From assembly GCA_027621365.1 (NCBI GenBank), contig JAQCBH010000003.1, forward strand, positions 65,737 to 129,736: a DNA stretch of 64,000 nt, written 5' to 3'. Of the stretch, positions 9,477 to 18,966 are shown one piece after another (the stretch's first letter is position 1; every line of letters starts with the position of its first letter). Origin of the DNA: Bacteroidota bacterium. GTDB lineage: Bacteria > Bacteroidota > Bacteroidia > NS11-12g > UBA955. The notes under the pieces are model-generated. The model worked only from the letters and a program-made list of their open reading frames with translations. It did not search any database and was not told where the DNA came from. Position numbers and translations under genes: made by a program.

Positions 9477-10670
9477 TCAACTGCGTCGGTTGGCCAGCAG
9501 CAGGGGTGGAGAGCCGTCAAAGGGATTGTCTCCTCGGCCTATGCTTTTGGCGTCCATGCCGGCTGCGCGTTTGACGGCCTGTTCTCCGTAGCGAAGGCGA
9601 ATTTTGTCCATGGCTTGGTAGAGGGATTGCAGTTCGCTTTCTTGATCAAACAAAGAGACCTGCCAGCCGCCGCCCACCAAGTCACTGAAGCGAACTCCCA
9701 CCAATCGAATGAGCATGCGCCTTTGGTACAGGGCGTCAAACAAATCCAAGGTGCAGCGAATCAGGGCTTTGTCGCTGTTCGTATAGGGTATTTTTTGTTG
9801 CCGGCTATGGGTGTTGAAGTCGCTGTATCGAATTTTTACGCTTACGCAAGCGCAGACCTTGTTCCCCTTGCGAAGTTGGAAGGCGAGGTTTTCGGCCATG
9901 GCCGTTAGTAGGTTGCGCAGCATGATCACATCAATGGTGTCTCGCTGAAAGGTGCGTTCGGTGCTGATGCTCTTGCGCTCGTGAAAAGGAATGATGGGGC
10001 GGTTGTCAATGCCTTGGGCTTTCTCCCAGAGTTCCACTCCGGGCTTTTGCATGGTTTTTAAGAGCAATTCTCGGGGCATCTCCTGCAAGGTGCGTATGTA
10101 TTGAATGCCCAGTTGGCGTAGGTTTTTGTAGGTTTCGGCTCCCACACCGGGGATCTTGCGCACGGAGAGCGGGGCGAGGAAGGGTTTTTCAAAGCCGATA
10201 TCAACCTGTCGTTGGCCCGCTGGCTTGGCTGTGCCTGTAGCAATTTTGCTGACCGTTTTGTTGGCCGATACCCCAAAGCTGATTGGTAAGCCTGTTTCTT
10301 TTTGTATGCGCTCTTTCAGGTTCATGGCCACTTTCCAGCAGCCAAAGAATCGGTCCATGCCGCTGAGGTCTATGTAGAATTCATCGATGCTGCTCTTCTC
10401 GTACAGGGGTACACTGTCGGCGATGACTTCGGTCACCAGTTGGGAATGCTGGCTGTACAAGTGGGAGTCGCCTCGTATGACGATGGCATCGGGACAGAGC
10501 AGCTTGGCTTGTTTCATCGGCATGGCGCTGTGTACCCCATAGGCCCGGGCTTCGTAACTGCAGCTGGCTACGACTCCACGATCGCTGTTGCCTCCAATGA
10601 TCAGTGGTTTGCCGACGAATGCCCGGTTTCTCAAGCGCTCTACGCTGACAAAAAAGGAGTCGAGATCCAT
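9477..10670 (-). CDS. dinB: DNA polymerase IV (Y-family translesion polymerase)
   Basis: MDLDSFFVSVE start and UmuC/DinB palm, finger and little-finger regions; ORF-track N-terminus over-extended, start set to ATG at 10670. Confidence 0.9.
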   Translation of the reverse strand: MDLDSFFVSVERLRNRAFVGKPLIIGGNSDRGVVASCSYEARAYGVHSAMPMKQAKLLCPDAIVIRGDSHLYSQHSQLVTEVIADSVPLYEKSSIDEFYIDLSGMDRFFGCWKVAMNLKERIQKETGLPISFGVSANKTVSKIATGTAKPAGQRQVDIGFEKPFLAPLSVRKIPGVGAETYKNLRQLGIQYIRTLQEMPRELLLKTMQKPGVELWEKAQGIDNRPIIPFHERKSISTERTFQRDTIDVIMLRNLLTAMAENLAFQLRKGNKVCACVSVKIRYSDFNTHSRQQKIPYTNSDKALIRCTLDLFDALYQRRMLIRLVGVRFSDLVGGGWQVSLFDQESELQSLYQAMDKIRLRYGEQAVKRAAGMDAKSIGRGDNPFDGSPPLLLANRRS

Positions 10671-10721
10671 GTGGCTGATGATGCGTTCCGGCTTGTTCAC
10701 GGTAAAATTGTTAAGAAATTT

Positions 10722-10735
10722 GACAATTAATTGTC
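10722..10735. promoter_or_regulatory. perfect 14-bp palindrome GACAATTAATTGTC about 50 bp upstream of dinB (candidate operator)
   Basis: Self-complementary, AT-rich centre, in the dinB promoter region; regulator unknown. Confidence 0.3.
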
Positions 10736-10818
10736 TGTAAAATAGACAAAATAGAAGACAAAATGAAGCGTGATGAAAATAGGCCAATGCCCTTTTTTTC
10801 AATCCTGTAGGTGACGCT

Positions 10819-11418
10819 TTAAAACAGGGTTTGCTGCAAGGGCAGCAATTGGAACGATTTGCGGTGCCATTCGCAGGGTCCCTGTTCCCGAATGGCTTGT
10901 CGGTGTTCAGCCGTGGGGTATCCCATGTTTTTGTCCCAGCGGTAATGGGGGAAGGAAGCATGCCCAATGAACATGCGCTCATCCCTGTGAGTCTTGGCCA
11001 AAATGGAGGCAGCTGCTATGTTCAAAAATCGGCCGTCTCCTTTGACCTCCGTTTTAAAGGGAATTTGGCCAAAGGGTTTGAATCGATTGCCGTCTACAGC
11101 GATGAATTCAGGAGCCAGTTTCAATTGAGCTAGGGCGCGGTGCATGGCCTCGATAGAGGCCCACAAAATGTTCAACTTGTCGATTTCTGCAGGGCTGCAT
11201 TCGGCTACCGCCCAAGCCAAAGCTTCTTGCTCGATGATGGGGCGCAGGACTTCTCTTTTCTTTTGGCTCAGTTGTTTGGAATCATTGAGCCAGGGGTGAT
11301 GGAAATCGGCGGGCAGTATGACCGCCGCTGCCGTCACGGGCCCTGCCAAGCAGCCGCGGCCTGCTTCGTCGCATCCGGCTTCCAAACCAAGGCCACTGAC
11401 AGTTCGCAACAAGGTCAT
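10819..11418 (-). CDS. rnhB: ribonuclease HII
   Basis: GLEAGCDEAGRGCLAGPV catalytic motif and remaining RNase HII core; start set to ATG at 11418 (ATGA overlap with upstream stop). Confidence 0.9.
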   Translation of the reverse strand: MTLLRTVSGLGLEAGCDEAGRGCLAGPVTAAAVILPADFHHPWLNDSKQLSQKKREVLRPIIEQEALAWAVAECSPAEIDKLNILWASIEAMHRALAQLKLAPEFIAVDGNRFKPFGQIPFKTEVKGDGRFLNIAAASILAKTHRDERMFIGHASFPHYRWDKNMGYPTAEHRQAIREQGPCEWHRKSFQLLPLQQTLF

Positions 11419-12182
11419 GAAAAAGACAAAACGGATCCTAATGTGTATTTGATGGCCACCTCCACGCTTTGCCAAAAGCAAAGGCTGAGGCCCTTCCATC
11501 CGTAGGCCCAACCGCCTTTCAACAGGTAATTGCGAACAAATCGAGCGGGTGGAGAAACCAAGGCTTTGATCAGATTCAAGCCCCAAAAATGGCGGCCTGC
11601 TTCCTGAGCACCGATGCGTCCAAATTTCAAGGCTTGACGACGGGCCTCCTTTAAGTTGGCATACGTGAAGTGCAACAAATCACCCTCCAAATGGTCTACG
11701 CGCAGGGCTTGCTCTGTGCCGCGTCCCATTTCTATGCGGTCGTGAGGATTTTCCCCTCCCCAAACAGCCGCGCCTCGCTTCCATAGGCGAATTTTTCGGT
11801 CTGGATACCAACCGCAACCCTTGATGGGGGTGTCGCCCAAATGGTTCAATCGGTTCATGGAAAAGCCGTAGGCCGGGAAGCCTTCGGCTTTGGCCTGGGC
11901 GATGCTATCTCTCAATGCTGGACTGAGTGCTTCGTCGGCGTCCAAACTCAAAATGTACTCGCCTTGGCTCTGTTGCCAAGCCCAGTTTTTTTGGTCGATG
12001 TGGCTAGTGAAGGGCCTAGGTACTACTCGTGCACCGGCTTGTTCAGCCAAACGCACAGTATCGTCTTTGGAACCACTGTCTACTACCAATACTTCATCAG
12101 CAAGCCCAGCGACTGAAGCGATGCAGGCTTCAATTCGTTCGGCTTCGTTGAAAGCGATGATGACCAGCGATAGGGTAGGCAT
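11415..12182 (-). CDS. glycosyltransferase family 2
   Basis: N-terminal GT-A fold with DxD (LSLVIIAFNEAERIEAC...VVDSGSKDDT); stop overlaps rnhB start. Confidence 0.8.
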   Translation of the reverse strand: MPTLSLVIIAFNEAERIEACIASVAGLADEVLVVDSGSKDDTVRLAEQAGARVVPRPFTSHIDQKNWAWQQSQGEYILSLDADEALSPALRDSIAQAKAEGFPAYGFSMNRLNHLGDTPIKGCGWYPDRKIRLWKRGAAVWGGENPHDRIEMGRGTEQALRVDHLEGDLLHFTYANLKEARRQALKFGRIGAQEAGRHFWGLNLIKALVSPPARFVRNYLLKGGWAYGWKGLSLCFWQSVEVAIKYTLGSVLSFS

Positions 12183-12203
12183 ACCCTTGCGAAGATAGCC
12201 GAA

Positions 12204-13631
12204 TTAGTGGCCACCGCCTTCTACGGCGCTGACTTCAAGACCTTGCTCTTTGAACATCTTTCCAACGCGCCATGCGTAGAAGGCCAAGTAGGCAAAGCAT
12301 ATCACGCCGACCCAGTAGCTATTCTTAATGCCCAATGAATCAGGGCTAGCCAACAAGCCTTGGGCTACAGAGACGAATCCGCCGCCCATGATCATCATCA
12401 CCAAGAGGTTGGCCCCCTGAGAGGTTTGTGAACCCAATCCGGTAATGGCCAAGGTGAAAATACAGGGCCACAAGGTGGAGCAGAACAAGCCGACCGATAC
12501 AAAAGCCATCACGGAACTCATTCCTGAGTCTGACATGCCGTAAACCAAAGCACCAATGCCCAGGAGGCTGTACAAAAGGAGCTGGCGAGAGGGATTGCCT
12601 TTGGAAAGGAAATCGGCAATGACCAAGAGGGCAACCACTGACAAATACGAATAGAAAGAAGATACTTCATGGCCCATTTTGCTGTTGACGGCCAAGAACA
12701 AGCCGAAGGCGGCCAAGGGTAAAATCAAGCGCATGGCTTCGCGTTTGACGCCGCTCAAGCCCAAAGCTCCAGAAGCCGATGTCCAACGACCGATCATCAA
12801 ACTGGCCCAGAACAAGGAAATGTAGGGGGCAATGTTTTTGGTTTCCAGGCCCACTTCTTGTTTCATGAGTTCAGGCAAATTGCTAGCGGTAGAAACTTCG
12901 ACACCCACGTAAACGAAAATGGCGATCATACCCATCCACAACTGGGGGTAAGACAAGGCTTTTTTATCGCTGCTTGAAGCTTCGCTGGCTCCGGCTGATT
13001 CGGTTTCGACTTTCAAATTCCAGAACACGAAAGCGAACAACAAAAACAAGGCGCCCAAGGCCAAATAGGGAAGCTTGACATCGCTGACATCCAAGATTCT
13101 ATCGGTTTCTGATCCCGTCATGGGCCCGAAAATGGCATAGCTCACGAGCAAAGGACCTACTGTGGTACCCACGTTGTTGATGGCTCCGGCCAAGCTCAAG
13201 CGTTGGCTACCCGTGCTAGCAGGCCCAAGGGCAATGGCCAAGGGGTTGGCCGCTGTTTGTTGCAAGGAGAAACCCAAACCTACGACCATTAATCCGCCGA
13301 GAAGCATGGGGAAACTGGCGCTATTGGCCGCTGGAATGAACAACAAGGTGCCGAGAGCCGATAAGCCCAAGCCAGCCGCAATTCCCTTTCCATATCCGTA
13401 TTTTACAATGGGGTCGATTCCCATGATTCGTGAAACACCCAGATAGAGCAAAGACCCGACAGTGTAAGCTACGTAGAACACGAACGCAATCATTTGGCTT
13501 TGGGCCTGAGTGAGGTCCAGTTTTTCTTTGAAAACGGGAATGAGAATGTCGTTTGAAGCGGCTACAAAGCCCCAAAAAAAGAAAACGCTAACCAATATGG
13601 CAAAGGCTCGAGTGTAGTTCTTGTTGTTCAT
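12204..13631 (-). CDS. sugar MFS transporter (FucP/GluP L-fucose/glucose:H+ symporter family)
   Basis: N-terminus ILVSVFFFWGFVAASNDILIPVFK typical of FucP/GluP; 12 TM. Confidence 0.75.
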   Translation of the reverse strand: MNNKNYTRAFAILVSVFFFWGFVAASNDILIPVFKEKLDLTQAQSQMIAFVFYVAYTVGSLLYLGVSRIMGIDPIVKYGYGKGIAAGLGLSALGTLLFIPAANSASFPMLLGGLMVVGLGFSLQQTAANPLAIALGPASTGSQRLSLAGAINNVGTTVGPLLVSYAIFGPMTGSETDRILDVSDVKLPYLALGALFLLFAFVFWNLKVETESAGASEASSSDKKALSYPQLWMGMIAIFVYVGVEVSTASNLPELMKQEVGLETKNIAPYISLFWASLMIGRWTSASGALGLSGVKREAMRLILPLAAFGLFLAVNSKMGHEVSSFYSYLSVVALLVIADFLSKGNPSRQLLLYSLLGIGALVYGMSDSGMSSVMAFVSVGLFCSTLWPCIFTLAITGLGSQTSQGANLLVMMIMGGGFVSVAQGLLASPDSLGIKNSYWVGVICFAYLAFYAWRVGKMFKEQGLEVSAVEGGGH

Positions 13632-13697
13632 ACAATATCGTTAATCCTCAAATATAGGATTTCACAGGAACAATCATAAGCGCTTATTTTCGTTCCC

Positions 13698-14849
13698 ATG
13701 ACCTCTTTGGCGAATAGCAAGTTGGCAGGGTTCGGTGAATCGATATTCAGCATCATGTCTCGAATGGCTCAACAATTCGGAGCGATCAACCTGTCTCAGG
13801 GCTTTCCCGAATTCGATCCTCCCCAGGCCTTGTTGGATGCAGTGAACCAAGCCCTTCAATCGGGGTACAACCAATATGCACCCATGCCCGGTTATTTGCC
13901 TTTGAAGCAAATGCTGGCCCAGCGTTGCCAAAAAGAATTGGGCTACAGCCTTGATCCCGAAACCGAAATCACCGTGGTTCCTGGAGCAACGGCAGGGATT
14001 TATTGTGCTGTTCAAGCCTTGGTACACCCTGGAGATGAAGTAATCATCATTGAACCTGCCTATGATTGCTATGCCCCTGCCGTCATCATGGCCGGAGGAA
14101 CCGTGAAAAGCGTGGCCATGAATCCACAAACGGGAGAGATTCCCTGGGACAAGGTGCGCCAATTGGTCAATCGCCATTCTCGCATGTTGATGGTCAATAC
14201 CCCTCACAATCCGACGGGTTGGGTGCTGAGCGAAAACGATTGGCTGGAAATTGAAGCCATTGTCGAAACAGGAGATTTGATCTTGCTGAGCGATGAAGTG
14301 TACGAATACATGGTGTTTGATGGGTTGAGTCACCGTTCTGCGGCTTCTAGGCCCGCATTGAAAGATCGCTCTGTTCGTCTGAGCTCTTTTGGGAAAACCT
14401 ATCATGCCACCGGATGGAAAATGGGGTGCATCTCAGCTCCCTCTGTGCTGACTCAGCGCATTCGAGAGGTTTTTCAGTTCATGGCTTTTTCTTCCAATAT
14501 GCCTCAGCAGGTAGGATTGGCTGCCTTCATGCAGAGCCACCCCGACCACGAGGCAGAAGTGGCTGCCCTGTATCAGCAAAAGCGGGATCTCCTGGCCTCG
14601 GCCTTGGCAGAAAGTCGTTTTCAGGTCTTGCCTTGCCAAGGATCCTATTTTCAATTGGTTGACTACTCTGAGGTTTCGTCCAAATTCGACCGCGAATTCG
14701 CGGAAGAACTGGTACATACGGCTGGTGTGGCCAGCATTCCCTTGTCTCCTTTTTTCACTCAAGCGACAGAGTCAAAACTGCTGCGATTGTGCTTTGCCAA
14801 AAAGGAAAGTACCTTGCTCCAAGCCGCCGAACGCCTATGCAAGATTTAA
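13698..14849 (+). CDS. PLP-dependent aminotransferase (methionine aminotransferase YbdL-like, class I/II)
   Basis: Fold-type I aminotransferase motifs (NLSQGFPEFDPP, SFGKTYHATGWKMG Lys motif). Confidence 0.8.
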   Translation: MTSLANSKLAGFGESIFSIMSRMAQQFGAINLSQGFPEFDPPQALLDAVNQALQSGYNQYAPMPGYLPLKQMLAQRCQKELGYSLDPETEITVVPGATAGIYCAVQALVHPGDEVIIIEPAYDCYAPAVIMAGGTVKSVAMNPQTGEIPWDKVRQLVNRHSRMLMVNTPHNPTGWVLSENDWLEIEAIVETGDLILLSDEVYEYMVFDGLSHRSAASRPALKDRSVRLSSFGKTYHATGWKMGCISAPSVLTQRIREVFQFMAFSSNMPQQVGLAAFMQSHPDHEAEVAALYQQKRDLLASALAESRFQVLPCQGSYFQLVDYSEVSSKFDREFAEELVHTAGVASIPLSPFFTQATESKLLRLCFAKKESTLLQAAERLCKI

Positions 14850-15601
14850 CCGTTGTTTTGATTCAGCCCGACCTGGTTTGGGAGTCTCCTCAAGCCAACC
14901 TCGAGCAATTTGATCGTTTGTTGGATTCGGTGGGAGATTGTGATCTTGTGGTTCTGCCCGAAATGTTTGCTACTGGGTTTAGCATGAACCCCCAATCGGT
15001 GGCTGTATCCATGCATAGCGATACCCTTGGTTGGATGTTGAATCACAGCCACCGTTTCGCCCTTTGCGGATCGTTGGCCATAGAAGAAGATGGTCAGTAT
15101 TTCAATCGATTTTTGTTTGCTCATAAAGGTCAAATTTTGGCCCGATACGACAAGCGACATTTGTTCGCCTATGCCAAAGAGGATCAGCATTATCAGGCAG
15201 GTAATCAAGTCAGTCAAATTGAATTCAAGGGATGGAGCATCGCCCCATTTGTCTGTTACGATCTGCGGTTCCCCGTTTGGATTCGCCAAACAGCCGGGGT
15301 GGATTTGATGCTGTTTGTGGCCAATTGGCCATCCAAAAGACAATGGGCCTGGAACAGCCTCTTGACCGCAAGGGCCATTGAAAACCAATGCTATGTCTTG
15401 GCCTCAAACCGAGTAGGTGTCGATGGCAATGGTATAGACTACCAAGGGGATTCTCAAGCCATCAACATGGCTGGCGAAAACCTGGCCTCGCTGAGGGGTG
15501 AAAGTGGGGTCATCAGGGTAAAACTAATCAAAGAAGAGTTGCAAGCCTTTCGTGCACAGTTTCCTTTTCTGGATGATCGAGACTCCTTTGAAGGAATTTG
15601 A
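14837..15601 (+). CDS. carbon-nitrogen hydrolase family amidohydrolase (omega-amidase YafV-like)
   Basis: Nitrilase-superfamily Glu-Lys-Cys layout (VLPEMF, DKRHLF, FVCYDLRFP); ATG at 14837 overlaps aminotransferase end by 13 nt. Confidence 0.8.
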   Translation: MQDLTVVLIQPDLVWESPQANLEQFDRLLDSVGDCDLVVLPEMFATGFSMNPQSVAVSMHSDTLGWMLNHSHRFALCGSLAIEEDGQYFNRFLFAHKGQILARYDKRHLFAYAKEDQHYQAGNQVSQIEFKGWSIAPFVCYDLRFPVWIRQTAGVDLMLFVANWPSKRQWAWNSLLTARAIENQCYVLASNRVGVDGNGIDYQGDSQAINMAGENLASLRGESGVIRVKLIKEELQAFRAQFPFLDDRDSFEGI

Positions 15602-15648
15602 TGGATTCGTCAACTGTTTCTTCATGAGGCAGAACTATCTTTGCAGCC

Positions 15649-16762
15649 GTGAACGCTGAACAGCATAAAGATATAAGAGGCCGTGTTGAGGCTTTGAGGA
15701 GGTATCTTTGACGTCGCTCGCAAGAAAGCCGAGATAGCTGACGAAGAAGAGCAAACCCTGGATCCCAATTTTTGGAATGATCCCAAAAAAGCAGAAGCTC
15801 ATCTGCGCAAGATCAAAGACAAAAAAGTTTGGACCGATGCCTACGACGGGTTGGAAAACTTGTTGGGCGACCTAGACGTATTGGTGGAATTCAAGGAGGC
15901 CGGTGAAGCGAGCGATGCCGAAGTGGAAGAAACCTTCCAGGCTTTGGTCGAAGCGACCGAAGACTTGGAGTTCAAAAACATGCTCCAAGGCGAAGAAGAT
16001 GCCTTGAGTTGTGTGGTGGAAATCAACGCAGGAGCCGGTGGTACCGAAAGTTGCGACTGGGCTGAAATGCTCATGCGCATGTACTTGATGTTCGGGGAGA
16101 AAAACGGATTCAAGGTTCGCGAACTCGACAGAACCGATGGGGAAGTAGCAGGTATCAAGAGCGTGTCTCTTGAGTTCGATGGCTCCTTTGCCTTTGGTTA
16201 CCTGAAAGGTGAAAATGGCGTGCATCGCATGGTGCGTATATCACCCTTTGACTCCAATGCTCGCCGTCATACTTCGTTTGTCAGTGTTTATGTGTACCCC
16301 ATGGTCGATGACAGCATTGAGATTGATCTCAAACCCGCTGATATCGATTTTCATACATCGCGAAGCGGTGGAGCCGGTGGTCAGAACGTGAACAAGGTAG
16401 AAACCAAGGTTCAGTTGACCCACATTCCAACGGGTATCGTCGTGGTTTGTCAAATTGAACGAAGCCAGCTAGCCAACCGAGAATTGGCTATGCAAATGCT
16501 GCGTTCTCGTTTGTACGAGATGGAAATTCAAAAGCGCAATGCGGCTCGTCAAGAGATTGAAGACTCCAAGATGAAAATCGAGTGGGGCTCTCAAATTCGC
16601 AACTACGTATTCCATCCTTACAAACTGGTCAAAGACGTCCGAACCGCTCAGGAAACCTCCAACATCACGAACGTGATGGATGGCGATTTGTGGCCCTTCA
16701 TCAAAGCCTATTTGTTGGGCTTGAAGAACGGGTTCAAAAAAGGGGTTAGCCTAGACGATTAA
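15649..16762 (+). CDS. prfB: peptide chain release factor 2, expressed via programmed +1 ribosomal frameshift at 15706-15712
   Basis: ORF0 (GTG 15649) encodes [20 protein letters not shown] then UGA; +1 frame continues [24 protein letters not shown]... into ORF 15851..16762 with [14 protein letters not shown] (GGQ). Confidence 0.85.
15697..15712 (+). promoter_or_regulatory. RF2 autoregulatory recoding site: internal SD-like AGGAGG + TAT CTT TGA C
   Basis: Near-identical to the E. coli prfB frameshift cassette (AGGGGG UAU CUU UGA C); the frames on either side are offset by +1. Confidence 0.85.
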
Positions 16763-18054
16763 GGCTTTAGGGCCTTGGCATAGGTTTCCAAGCATCGTTG
16801 GCGGGCAAAACTGTGCTCGACAATGGGCTTGGGATAACTGGGGCTGTCGTATTCGGGAACCCAGCGGCGCACATAGGCCAGCTGTTTGTCGAATTTTTCC
16901 AGTTGCAGTTGAGGGTTGAAAACCCGGAAATAAGGAGCGGCATCTACTCCTGAGCCAGCAGCCCATTGCCATCCGCCGTTGTTGGATGACAATTCAAAGT
17001 CCAGCAATTTTTCGGCAAAGTAGGCCTCGCCCCAGCGCCAATCGATGAGCAAATGTTTGGTGAGAAATGAAGCCACGACCATGCGCACTCGATTGTGCAT
17101 GTGGCCACTTCGGTTCAATTCACGCATGCCGGCATCGACCAACGGATATCCCGTTTTGCCTTTCTTCCAAGCTTCAAACTCTTCGGGGTTGTTTCGCCAC
17201 TCAATTCGGTCGTATTCGGGTTTGAATGACTGCTGGGTCACTCTTGGGAAATGGGCAAGAATGGACATGTAAAACTCGCGCCAAATCAGCTCAGTGGCGA
17301 ACTTGGCGTTGACTTGAAGGGCTTTGGCCATTTTCTCCCGAGGTGACACTGTTCCGAATCGAAGATGAACGCTGAGCCTTGAAGTTCCCTCAATGGACGG
17401 GAAGTTTCTCGTTTTGTCGTAGTTCATGATACGGCTTTTGGGAACTTCAGGACTGGGGAAGTTCATTCCAGAGGGCTGAAAACCCAATGATTCCAGGCTA
17501 GGCATGGGGTAGGAGGAGGAGATCAAGCCGTCCAAATGCTGTTCTGAGGGGAAGTAGGGTATGCCTCCTTTTTGCTCCAATCGCTCCTTCCATTTTCTGC
17601 TGTAGGGAGTAAAAACCGTGTACGGACTGCCGTTGTCTTTCAAAACCTCATGAGGTTCCATGGTGACTTGGTCGGCGAAATCGTGCCAAGACACACCCTT
17701 TGATTCTGCCCATGCTTTGATGCGCTGGTCTCGTTCTTTGGCATACGGTTCGTAATCGCGGTTGCAGAAAATGGCCGATGGGGCCTTGTCCGAATGAATG
17801 CGCTCCCAAACGTCTTCTACCTTTCCGTGCTCGATCCGAATCGAACTGCCCAAGGGTTGAATGGAGAGGTTCATTTTTTGCAGCTGCTGAAACAAAAAAT
17901 CAACCCTGGCATCTTTTTCTGGCAATTCATGGAGAATTTCAGTGTCAAAGATGAATAACAGCTGTACAGGTTTCCCTGTTTGTAGGGCTTGGTACAAGGC
18001 GTGATGGTCATTCAGGCGCAAGTCTCTGCGCAACCAAACTATGCTATAGCTCAT
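16759..18054 (-). CDS. phrB: deoxyribodipyrimidine photolyase / cryptochrome family FAD-binding protein
   Basis: N-terminal photolyase domain ([14 protein letters not shown]) and C-terminal FAD-binding domain ([21 protein letters not shown]); start set to ATG at 18054. Confidence 0.9.
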   Translation of the reverse strand: MSYSIVWLRRDLRLNDHHALYQALQTGKPVQLLFIFDTEILHELPEKDARVDFLFQQLQKMNLSIQPLGSSIRIEHGKVEDVWERIHSDKAPSAIFCNRDYEPYAKERDQRIKAWAESKGVSWHDFADQVTMEPHEVLKDNGSPYTVFTPYSRKWKERLEQKGGIPYFPSEQHLDGLISSSYPMPSLESLGFQPSGMNFPSPEVPKSRIMNYDKTRNFPSIEGTSRLSVHLRFGTVSPREKMAKALQVNAKFATELIWREFYMSILAHFPRVTQQSFKPEYDRIEWRNNPEEFEAWKKGKTGYPLVDAGMRELNRSGHMHNRVRMVVASFLTKHLLIDWRWGEAYFAEKLLDFELSSNNGGWQWAAGSGVDAAPYFRVFNPQLQLEKFDKQLAYVRRWVPEYDSPSYPKPIVEHSFARQRCLETYAKALKP

Positions 18055-18958
18055 GGTGGGTGTGTAAGTGGTGTAGGGCCTGTTTGATCTGAGGAAATTC
18101 AAATGAGAATAGGGCCTTTTTTAGACGATCGGCAGAAACGGTTTGGTTGGTCAAAGCTAGGCAGCTCTGTTCTCCCAACAGGGCCTTCAATGCAAAGACA
18201 GGTATGTTGGGCTTCCATTTCCAAGGAGCTTTGCTTTTGAGGTTGAGTAATTCTTGCGCGAACGTTCCTTGTGAACAGGGCTTGGGGGCTACCGCGTTGT
18301 AAATGCCAGGAGCCAATTCACCTTCAACAGCGGCTATGTAAAGGGATACCAAATCTTCGATGTGGATCCAACTCCATGTATTATGTGTAGAGCCTGTCAT
18401 GGGCACGAATCCCCAAGGGGCCGTTGATTGAACCAAAGGCAATAGGCCTCCTCTGTTGCTCAAAACCAGGCCAGTGCGTAAAATACATATGGGATGCCCA
18501 CTCTTTAGGCTTGGAATGAAAGGAGCCTCCCAGTCTTGGCAAACCTGAGCAAAGAAGCCTTGGCCAGGAGAATGATCTTCATCCAATGTCTCTTGGCTAG
18601 GGTCAGGATAGTACCCAATTCCCGATGCACTGACCACCCTAGCCTGCGAATTGATCTCTTTGAGGGAATCGGCAAGTAATTGACTGCCAATGCTTCTGCT
18701 TCGATGAATTCGGATTTTGGTCTTTGCTGTCCATCGTTGGGCTATACTGGATCCTGCCAAATGAATGACAGCATCTGCTCCTTGAAGAGCCTCAATGTCA
18801 ATTTTTTGATTTTCTGGGTTCCAAATAAAATCTTTTTTATCACTTTGGTTGTTAACTCTCCTAAATGACAGAAATCTAAGGGAATGGCCTCTCTGCAACA
18901 AGCGCTGTTGCAAGCGCGAGCCAATCAAACCTGAAGAACCTGTAATTGTGATAATCAT
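18044..18958 (-). CDS. TIGR01777/YfcH-like NAD-dependent epimerase/dehydratase family protein (DUF1731 C-terminus)
   Basis: N-terminal Rossmann MIITITGSSGLIGS; ORF-track start at 18964 is TTG, first ATG at 18958; overlaps photolyase start by 11 nt. Confidence 0.7.
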   Translation of the reverse strand: MIITITGSSGLIGSRLQQRLLQRGHSLRFLSFRRVNNQSDKKDFIWNPENQKIDIEALQGADAVIHLAGSSIAQRWTAKTKIRIHRSRSIGSQLLADSLKEINSQARVVSASGIGYYPDPSQETLDEDHSPGQGFFAQVCQDWEAPFIPSLKSGHPICILRTGLVLSNRGGLLPLVQSTAPWGFVPMTGSTHNTWSWIHIEDLVSLYIAAVEGELAPGIYNAVAPKPCSQGTFAQELLNLKSKAPWKWKPNIPVFALKALLGEQSCLALTNQTVSADRLKKALFSFEFPQIKQALHHLHTHHEL

Positions 18959-18966
18959 TGTCAAAG

